From Auanema rhodensis (lineage: Eukaryota; Animalia; Nematoda): a stretch of 64,000 nucleotides of DNA. The notes under the pieces were generated by a model that saw only the letters and a list, made by a program, of their open reading frames with translations, ran no database searches and was not told the DNA's origin. The stretch spans positions 15,438,001 through 15,502,000 of the forward strand of contig OZ059894.1 in the NCBI GenBank assembly GCA_964057225.1, read 5' to 3'. The position numbers and the translations under genes are program-made. Positions 51,449 to 64,000 of this stretch are shown here, in pieces (within the stretch, counting starts at the first letter, position 1; each line of letters opens with the position of its first letter).

Positions 51449-52084
51449 TTTCTTAAATCTATAGTAAAAATGGTTGCCTTATATAGGAAAATGAGGTTAG
51501 AATCATATTCTTAACAAGTTATTCATTCGAAAAAAACATTAAATAATTAAATAAATAAATAAATAAACAAATGATAAATGAATAATAAAAACTTCAACGA
51601 TAGAAGGATTCAATTAGATGCTATTTTAAACAATGCTACAACTTTAAAATATATGAAAATCTTTTATTTTAACAGTTTTTATTTAACTTTAGGCGATGAG
51701 GAAAAATAAAATAATCAAAAGAAAACTAAATTGATGTAGTTTATATAATTGATTACGTTTATGAATCCGAAAATCACCTTGAAGTTAATGAAAATGTTTG
51801 TTTCAAATTAAGAGAATTAATGCGTAGATGAACGAATTAGCAGTAAGTTTGACTTGTTTGGTTTCAGATTAGCAGTAAGTTTGAATTCTTTGACTTTAAC
51901 ATACCATTCAAGTAGCTCCTTCTTCATTTTCTTTAAAGTTTTTCTTAACTTAGAATTGAGTTTTGCTAACCATTTGATTCACATTAATTAATCAATTTAT
52001 ATGCATGAAGAATAATTGCTGTATAGTTTTGTTTAATAAAGTTGCAAAACTTTTTGAGCTTGAATTGTCCACCTTATCATTAAG

Positions 52085-52239
52085 TGTAAAAGGCAAAATA
52101 AACCCGTCAGTGTAACTATGACATTAAGCGATCAGTAGGTCACGCTATTCGGGATCATCACTCGGAACGTTTATTTGAAGGAATCGAACTTTCTACCAAT
52201 TGGTAGAATTGGGCGCGTTTACCACTCGGCCATGTTTCC
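52085..52239 (-). mobile_element. tRNA-derived SINE-like element (or tRNA pseudogene with a 3' extension)
   Basis: The minus strand reads GGAAACATGGCCGAGTGGTAAACGCG (A box) and GAAAGTTCGATTCCTTC (B box/T arm). The acceptor stem does not close properly, and an unrelated body of about 85 nt follows, ending TTTATTTTGCCTTTTACAC. No clean target-site duplication is visible. Confidence 0.55.
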
Positions 52240-52391
52240 GTGGTGTACAATTCAACAAATGTGGAATAGCAAGTTTCAAACGAATGTAATGATAAATTGT
52301 ATTTTTAAAGAAATATACACAATTACTTCATAAATTTATTAAACATTATTTACATTTATGTTCAAGTAGCTGAGGTATTCTAGGTGATTCT

Positions 52392-53383
52392 TTAAGCTTT
52401 AACTTGCTTAGCGTTTTCATAAGGAGTTGAGATCGAAGGAGTAACTTCTCTTTGGGTAGTATCATCGTAGTTGAAACTAGTGGCTGGTGCACCAGCAGCA
52501 GGAGCATTAACATCATCATACTTGGGGCTGGCTGGAGGTGGTGGTGGTGGTGGAGCAGAGAAAGAGGAACTACCCTTCTAAAAACTTATATGGTTAACAC
52601 GAAGAATAATATTAGGAAAAGTCAAACCTGGTCTTCTTGATAAGCTGTTTGGACGGGAGAATTGAATCCTTCATTTGGTCCACTAGAAGCCTAAAATGTT
52701 AAAAACATTTAAAGTACATTCTCACTGTACACTTACATGATATGGGGGAATTTGTGGAGCGTGTTGGTTAGGGTTCATTGCTCCCATATAAGAAGGCCCT
52801 TCTGGGTATGTAGGTCTAGAGTAGCTAGGCTTTACATAGTCAGGTGCTGAATATTCTGGTTGTGGTTCAACATAATCAGGTTTAGAATATGAAGAAGGAG
52901 CTGTATATGATGGTTGAGAATATGAAGGAGATGGATACTGGAATCGTAACGGTATGAAAAATAAAAAAAAACTATGGTTACCTCAGGCTCTGGAGCGTGA
53001 TAGGGCTCTGGAGCGTGATAGGGTTCTGGAGCATGATATGGTTCTGGAGCGTGATATGGTTCTGGCATGTTATAGCTAGGCTCAGGCTGACTGTAGGAGG
53101 TATCAGGAGTGTTGTAGGATGGAGGAGGCATGGGTAAACCATAGGATGGTTCAGGAACGCTATATGAAGATTGTGGACTAGAATAGCTGGATTGATAAGA
53201 AGAAGCATAGGATGGACGAGCATATCCTCCTCTTCTATATCCACCGCCTAACATCCAATTGGGTTTAAAGAGATTATCCAAACTTGGATAAAAACCTAAC
53301 CCTGTTAATAATGGAGGAATTCCATACCCAAAACTATGCACAGACGTCGCAAGAACGCAAAGAATAGTTAATTGTTTGAACAT
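52392..53383 (-). CDS. Secreted Pro/Tyr/Ser-rich extensin-like protein with PEPYHA repeats (probable cuticle/aECM), 4 exons
   Basis: Signal peptide MFKQLTILCVLATSVHS. Exon 1 spans 53383-52982; three more in-phase exons end ..ENAKQVKA-TAA at 52392. TATATAAA at 53486-53493. Confidence 0.85.
52985..53065 (-). repeat. Coding 18-bp tandem repeat, four units of PEPYHA
   Basis: Direct reading of the repeated units in exon 1. Confidence 0.9.
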
Positions 53384-55870
53384 TGCTACTTGTGGGAGCT
53401 ATTGGTTTCACAATAGATCTTGTAGTTTTTTAGAAGGAATAAGAGGAAAATAGTTTAGAATGTGGCAATCAAGCTTCTGACACCCTTTATATAGAACTGA
53501 CATTGGTTTCAATTTTATTTATTACAACTTACTCTATTTAAGACACGTAATGTTCGCTGAAAACAATAGAAACTGTCCTTTGTGGACGAAATTATCACCT
53601 TAGCGGCTTCATCGTTTTCCATGTGTTCGGCAATTGATGGCCAATGACCCAGTCAAGGTCGGTTTGTACCCACGCATTACGTTGTCATTTGGCCAAGAGA
53701 CGATAGAATTTCGTAGATTAGTCATAATTCTTGTCTTATTATGCCTAATATGGCCGTGATTTCTTCGATAACTTTTGTAAAGACTTTTCTATCAATAACT
53801 ACTAATGAACAATAGGCAACTGGAGGTCACATCTTTTTAATATAATGACTCACACCACTTCGAAGCTGCGACAAGATTTGAAAATAATTTATCAAACGCC
53901 GTCTCGGCAACTTCTTTGTTCTTAATCGTTCATATTTGACACCTTTTCCGGAACGATATAAAAAGTCACTTTAAAAGAATCTTCATATTTAATGTCACAT
54001 AATGAATGTGATTACCCGAAAACTTATTAATATTTAAACAAGTTCATTTACTTCTTAAAAAGAAAATTAAATGAACGTATTGCCAAAAAAATCAAAGTTA
54101 TCAGTACATTGACAGCAATATAGAATCTTTCGTCCACAATTGCAAAAGTCAGTCTTATAAATGAACAGTTCTCACATGGCATGCACGTGGATGCCTTATG
54201 ACCATGTATTAGAAATGTAACCGCCAGTGTTCGGGAATTTGAAGTAAAATTATCTGTTAAAATTTTTCAAATTGTTACCAAGTTTTTGCTGGTTTCCGTC
54301 AATATTAATTGCTTTTTAAAATTAGAAACACAATTTTTATACTTTTTAAGATAATAATAAAGGAATTATTAAATACTTCTTCTATTTTATAAATTGTTTT
54401 GCCTTTTTTTAATCCTTTTGGATTGAAATATAAACTGATAGTCATTAATTCAAAGCATTGATATGAAAATTGATAAGTGATTGTCAGTTCAAACTACTGG
54501 TTTGTTTATAATTTTCCTATATAGACATATGTTAAAAGTTGCACGAACTTTAGAGTTTCTACAGAAATTCTAAAACTCAGTTAAACGTTCTATGATTTCT
54601 TTTTTAATTTAATATGATCGTACTTTGTTCCCGATATAGGTATGGGTAGATGAGAACTTATCAGGCCATTTAAAACATTTAAAAGCCTATGAAGAAACAG
54701 TTTTCCAGAGGGTTATAAAAATATTTGGAGTAAAAAGTATGTTTCTTAATCGTATTGTGGCGATTTTCACCTAGCTCTCTCAGATAATGTGAATAATTTA
54801 TCCAAATATTTAGCACTGCTTGTCCTATATAATGAAATATTGGTCACCACCTTGTAGTAAACTTGTTTCATTATCACCTTGTTGTTGTAAGGAGTATTAG
54901 AACATTTTGATTAGTTGATAGTCATGCAGAAATTTAACTTTAACGTTACTCTTTCATCCCTTATGTTTTTTAAAATCCTTTTTTATTCTAATAAACGAAA
55001 GTAAAAAATTAAGGTAAATTTATAGCGTTTTCAATTATATTATGTACTGTTTCACTTATTACTGCTAATGCTTTTTTTCAGTGCTCATGAAACTATTCCC
55101 CTATCCGATTTTGGAAATTATGACTTTTTTTCGTGAAATTTGCGCGTACTAATGTCCTTCGATTGGATGTGGCCCTAAAAGTTGCAAACTGTGGCAAAGT
55201 GGCGTGATATTTTACTTCCCATTTGCGATCATCGTGGAACGATTAGTATTTTGTCTGTTTTAGATTAGTTCAAATTGTTCATTAGGGTTCATATTCTTTT
55301 AAAAATGCGTCTGAATTCCAAAATCTGAAATAATTATAGAATAAATTACTTTTAATCCTAAATTTCTGTTTCTTATCTAATTATATTGACTAGTACATAT
55401 CTTTTAACATTGCTTTGATGTTCGGCTTGTTCTTAGTTCTTACGTACTGATAGGGTGTCGGGGTCAGACTGTACGGATTGAAATCTCAACCATGTTTTCA
55501 TTTCAAAGTCTCAAAGATTGCTTTGAAGATATTCTTTCACCTTTAATTGGAATATATTTGCACTTGATTAGACGATTCATTGTTTCCTTTATCTATTGCG
55601 AAATGGGACGAGCAATCGCCCTGAAATCTGTCTATCCCGTGATCGAAAGGAGATCTTTGGTTCACCATCACACCACAGACTGAATTAAAACTTTGTTTTG
55701 TTATTATGATATCTTCAATTTAATTTGTTAATAAATAGTAATGCCGTCCTATTCTTCTCTTTTCTTTAATGGTTTACGTTCAATGCTAAGTTTGATCTGT
55801 TTTCTTAACTTTTTGTGCTAATTCGTACTGGGGATTCCACAAATTGTACTAATTTATATTTCAGAGAATA

Positions 55871-58630
<2,760 letters not shown>

Positions 58631-59434
58631 AACGGATTTGACAGATTCGTTTGATTTATAAATGTATTTGAAATACAAAATACAATGTATAAGATGTGCC
58701 TTTTCCGAAAAGATGACTTTGAATTTGAGAATTATTGTTTTGTCCAATTGTTTTATTCGTATCAGACTTGTTATTTTTTTTAAGTTGAAACAATTCTTGC
58801 TCATGTGCAGTGAAATGAATTTTTTTCTTAAATCGTCTTAAAAATAAGAAAATTTTACATTTTTTCATAAAAAAAAAGTTGTTGTAGTAAAAGGCTGACT
58901 GGTTTTGCCCAATTTTAGAAATTATGAAAAGATATCAATAGGTAGAATGACCGTGATTCTCTTCGCTTCTAAAACAAGAGTAATAATGTAGATTCAAATA
59001 GGTATCTTTGAGAAAAGATAAAATCTCAGCATTCGACTCTTTATTACATGAAGATAAAAGTTATGAAAAGCACAGATGTACCCATAGAAGAAAGAGAAAA
59101 GAGAAATGATCATACACAGTCACGAAGTTCATATTAAATTTGAATTTTAGAAAGGAAAAATGTAAAAGATTTGAAAAGTTATTAACTTATTCACAAGTTC
59201 TTGTGAGTAAAAAAACGTTCGATGTTCTGAAATGGTTATATTTGTACAAGCATGGTCCTAATTAAATTAGAAGATCATTAACGTTTTTTCTTAACAAAAC
59301 AAAGAGGCATTATTAAATCCATGATACAAGCTTTTGGATTATTAGATCCTCAGGATATATTGTCTAAAAATTATTTCACAAGCTTAATTATACAAACAAT
59401 ATGGGCTATCTATAAGTTCTGGAGGATGCCAAGG

Positions 59435-61534
59435 CTAACATCCATATGCGAAAGGTGGCATTGTGTACATCTGATGTGGGGCACAGTGGATGCTGAATGG
59501 CCGTGGACGACGGCGCGGTTCATTTGTGCTAGAAGGATCAGAACTTGGTGACGTAGAAGCTGAGCACTTTTTATCCGACAAACGCCATGTGCTGTCTCTC
59601 GAAAATGTGCTGAATTGGTACGGGGAAGGCAGAGAGTTTCTTAATAAAAAAAGCATTGTTTATATAAATATTTCGAGACTCTTCATACCTCATGGCTTCA
59701 TGGCAAGCAATGTCTGCTGATGGAAAACCGTAACGGTAGTAATGTTGATCAGTGATATGAGGACTTGCAGGATATGGTAAAGTGTTACAATATCCAGGTG
59801 GTGGTAAGCTGAAATATGCCAGTTATCTTTATCTAGTTCATAAAAAACATTAAAAAAAGTTTTCGGCGAAAACTACTCACTTATATGCTGGAGGAGGATA
59901 GGGAATGAATGGATAGTATTGGAAATGTGACGGATAGGCTGGTCGAATTGTTAAGATAAGATTAGACGCATTTGCTGTCATAATATCCGTTACTTGATCA
60001 AGTGTTTTACCAGATAACTATAAATAAAACAAGTTTAAATATAAACATAAAAATATTTTAATTTTATGTTTGTACAGCCGCATGCGGAAAATGTCATGGA
60101 AAAATAGTGTGAAATTAACGTGATACAGCAGAATGAAATCATCATCCGAAATGATTTTGTCTGTTACATTTCAAATAAAATAGCAAAAACCTACATCTAT
60201 TCCATTAACTTCCAAAATTTCATCATTAACATTCAATAAATTTGTTGATGCTGCTAAACCATGAGGTAACAGTCGGGAAATAAAAATGGAAGGAACTTGT
60301 ACAGGACCCCATGCGCACATTCGAGTTGTGAACCCTGATAACATTAGTTTAAACAAGATATAAGAGAAGAAAGAAACCATTTTTGATGAAAAATCCTAAA
60401 GGTTTATTGGGATAAGTCTTGCATAATTGGACTCTTCTCAACTCCATAGGAAGAGAATCAGCATCTAATATACTAGAAACCTAGAAGAGAATTTCAATTA
60501 ATTTTAGACAAAGAAATAAAATATGATAGAACAGAAAAATTAATTAAACTAACTCTTCGAAAATCTTGAGGAGATGAAATAGAAACAGATTTTTTACGCT
60601 TTTGCATGACAGCCTCCGATATTCCGTATCCGAACTGTTCTTCCAATGATTCGCCCTGAACAACATTTTAAAAATGTGTAAAATTTAAGAAATCATCAAA
60701 TGTTAATAGGAAAAAACTAATTCTACAAAAGCTAGGTGTATATCAATCAAGCTATTTGAAAGGCTGAGGATTGGGTAATCTAGCTAGATAGAAAAACGGG
60801 AAACATAATCTGAAGTACCTTGTTCCGGAGCAGAATTCGAAGTGTTGACGGTCGTTCTTCAAGTGCTTTTCGCAGATTCTGAAACAAACCAGGATATGGT
60901 TAACGATCTTAGCTTTACATTACGTTTTTTATTTATTCAGAAGAACATATATGCTATTTCTCAGACTTCTTGTTAAGAATTTGATTTGAGAAATACTATA
61001 CGAAGCTACTGTTCCCACCTTCCACACTTCTCTCTCCCTTTCATCAAAACATTTAAGAGGCTTCTGTTTAGAAATGAAACATCTGTTTTCAAGTTGAGAG
61101 CAAAAGCTATACAGAAAAACTCGTCCACACTACTGATAATTCATATATTCTAGCAGAAGGAATAGGACATTTTTTTGGTCTATAAGACTATATCAAAGTC
61201 TATGATCTAAGAACATCTGGGATTGAGCGCTAAGGTCATCAAAAACTGACAGAATGCAGAATTTTCATGGTTTACAAGACTTACGTCATCATTAGAGATA
61301 GGCAAAGTAGTTCCATCTTTTGAAATATATGAAAGTGTTGTAGTTTCTTTCTGTTCATCAGTCAATCTATAATTTTGAAAATATCTTACTTGTCGGAAAT
61401 TTATAAACATACTTATGAATACCATGCACCATCTCGTTGAATTCATCACATGTTGGATATGGTATTCCTGTACCAACTGTGAGATTAAACCTTCGAAAAT
61501 CAGCTCCATAGTTAGATTTTATTGATAAACGCAT
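59435..61534 (-). CDS. Divergent PAR-6-family protein (PB1, semi-CRIB, PDZ) with a long Pro/Tyr/Ser-rich tail, 9 exons
   Basis: PB1: [48 protein letters not shown]. Semi-CRIB: [18 protein letters not shown]: [68 protein letters not shown]. Symbol withheld because orthologue versus paralogue is unresolved. Confidence 0.88.
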
Positions 61535-64000
61535 TGATTCCTTCAAAACATATATTAGAAATAGAAAAAGGCGTTTGCAAAATTGCCAAATAACAATAAA
61601 CTGGGCTAATCTCTAAAACCTTATTCAAGACAAAGGCAATATATAACCTCAATAAACAAGATATTTTCAATATAAAGTAAAATGAAGAGGATACTAAGGT
61701 AAAAAAGAATATGATGTGTTAACTTTTCTCAAAAAAAATGATCAAAGGATATAAGAAATTGCCGACAACAGACATGAAGCCATGATATCATTAAGAGTCG
61801 GCAAATGGTATAATAAAAGTTCAAGATAATAAAGTTTTAAAATACAAAAGTAGAACGGTATCTATAATATGCTACCGGTATTTAAAAAGTTGATTCATTA
61901 TACTAAAAAAAATGAATTATAAATGAAAGCGTTGGTAATGGACAATGTAACATCACATATGTATGCGAATAAAAACATATGATGTTTCATATAAATATAA
62001 AAAATTAAATAAACTATAAGAGAAGTGGATAGAAATATTTTAACAGAACAAAGCTCAATAAATGCTTTACCAGAATCTGTTGAAATTCCAATTTTGTGAT
62101 GTGGTTCAACCCTGTCAATGATCGGAAGGATCTTAAAGAAGAGGGCTTTTGAGTCTTTAGTTGTCGTCTTAAACCCATACCGGCGAAATACTAGAAAAAC
62201 TAGATGATGTTCTTTAGGTATCATTTTATCTGGGTTAGAGCACAAAAAGCATATCATTAACCGTTAGGTGTTAGTGTAAATTATGCAAAACGATACATGC
62301 CAACGTTTGTTTATCTATTAAAATTAGAGCGATAGCCTATCTAGATTTCAAAACAAAACAGAAGGACCAACATCAAAAAAAATCAGAAATTATAACAAAC
62401 AATAAAATAAAAAATAGAATATAAAGTGTATGACATTAAGAAAAACTACTTAAATATAGTAGAAAATGATAAATAAAGCAGAATGAAACATTTCTTCAAT
62501 GATTACCAAAAGTAAATCAATAGATGGTTTTGTCTATAGATGTAGGCTGCAAAAGGTTAAAAAAGGAACAAAAAAGGAGGATGTCTTGCTGCGTAGAATG
62601 GGTGAATGCTGGATGTATGACTATGATTCAATGGGAGACAAAAAAAGAGAGATAGAAGAAAATACTGTATGATTACAGGAGGTCAAAAGAGAAGAAAACA
62701 AAGAGAAAACGGGAGAGCTCGGCGATCATGAGAGTCTTAGGCCATGTTGAGGTCCCAGTCTTGGTTGGCCGATTACTATGGTAGAGCTATGCCCTAATAC
62801 AGAGGTCACCTCAATCGACATCGGTATTTCGATTACTCTTTGCTGCTAATAGGCGGACGGTAATGGCATAAAAGACCGCAGGAGATCATGTATGGCTCTC
62901 ACAATATTTGGGGGCTATCCAATGTATGAGAAGCACTGTATCCTAGAGCAATAGGGCAAATTATCTATGAACATTATAAATCTTAACTAAGTGTTTCGTA
63001 CAAATATATATCTATATATATACTAATGAATAAGAGCTGTTCATCATCCATAATGACATATCTGCATTATTTGAGTAAACACTAAGGTGTTAGGCAGATG
63101 AACCAGACGTTTATTAGAATAGTAATCATATTGGTAAAATAAATAAAAGAGAAGTGCTACCTTTCTGAGCTAACACATAATAACCATAAATAACATATGC
63201 GAGTGAAATAAAAGTTTTTGCTATTCTAATCATTTTTTACAGACAATCTTAGATGCGTTGTTATCTTCTTATCAGTTTTCCCACGGGTTGTTCTTTGAAT
63301 AAGCGGCATTTTTTGGCGCCTTATGTGAGAACAAGGTGTCATTCCAAAAAAGGTAACCGTGCCATTAGGCAATCATGTTATAAATAAGATATCAGGAAAT
63401 AGAATAAAATGAAGAAAGTACAATCTATCATGATCACAAAGCTCAAGTCTCAAAAAAGATGTTCAAAAAACTAAAAATGTGACAGATAGTTGGTCCGATT
63501 CAATATCTAGTTTATTAATGTATTAATTTACAATATGAATGTTTTAGATTACAAGAACTTTATGCTAATGTATGTCAAACCATTTCCATTTCTAATGTAT
63601 GCAAGTCCGGTTGTAGTTTTGATTAGGTCAAGAGATTTAGAATATTAGACGTTCACTATTTATTAAAACTAAAACATGCTATCTTAATGTAACGTGGTTA
63701 ATTGTATTGCTAATTATTAAGAAAAAAAATCCATAAATGTTAATTTTTTTTGACTTACCACGTTTTATATAAAATTAATATAGTAATATCATATTTTGAT
63801 GTTGCGTACACGAAATCATTTGATACATGTTGTAACAAAGTGCTGTTTGCTGTCAACGCTGAAGCTCTCGAACAAAATTAATGTTCAGAAGTAGATGTCT
63901 TGAGGCTATTTTCTGAAACCGGGCTGATACAATTGCTTCTCTATCTTAAGTTGTCCTATGGTTTATAGAACACCCACTCACAACACCTGAGAGATAAACT

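Noticed and set aside
51836-51884. 17-bp direct repeat ATTAGCAGTAAGTTTGA with TTTCAG between copies, mimicking a micro-exon
   Set aside because: The implied intron is only 25 nt and there is no plus-strand gene nearby; a local tandem duplication explains it.
52165-52239. Functional tRNA gene
   Set aside because: The acceptor stem does not close and the anticodon loop lacks U33.
61898-62257. 119-aa minus-strand ORF upstream of the PAR-6-like gene
   Set aside because: No recognisable motif, and PB1 homology already starts at ATG 61534.

Overview
AT-rich (roughly 30% GC, estimated by eye) eukaryotic DNA with nematode hallmarks: TTTCAG acceptors, mostly 40-55 nt introns and acceptor sites just upstream of start codons. 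It is probably from a rhabditid, but I cannot name the species. I assembled 13 spliced protein-coding genes by hand. (1) A 17-exon gene (2659-28099, +, 5' end unresolved) encodes an N-terminal membrane anchor, a long acidic linker and a C-terminal domain. That domain aligns by eye to OTULIN/FAM105 but lacks the catalytic Cys and His. (2) A small secreted Ly6/three-finger-like gene is nested antisense in that gene's 16.5-kb intron. (3) Three secreted low-complexity proteins are probably cuticle/aECM components, and nuclear-receptor half-site elements lie in or near two of them. (4) A dense alternating-strand island holds RMC1/Mic1, nuaf-1/NDUFAF1, a SLIRP-like RRM gene and two unknown membrane proteins. 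(5) mthf-1/MTHFR. (6) A clearly divergent PAR-6-family gene. Also present are a tRNA-derived SINE-like element, microsatellites and two candidate spliced micro-ORFs. The best novelty candidate is the membrane-anchored OTULIN-like pseudo-deubiquitinase with paired W-acidic motifs. All homology calls come from remembered family sequences, not database searches.
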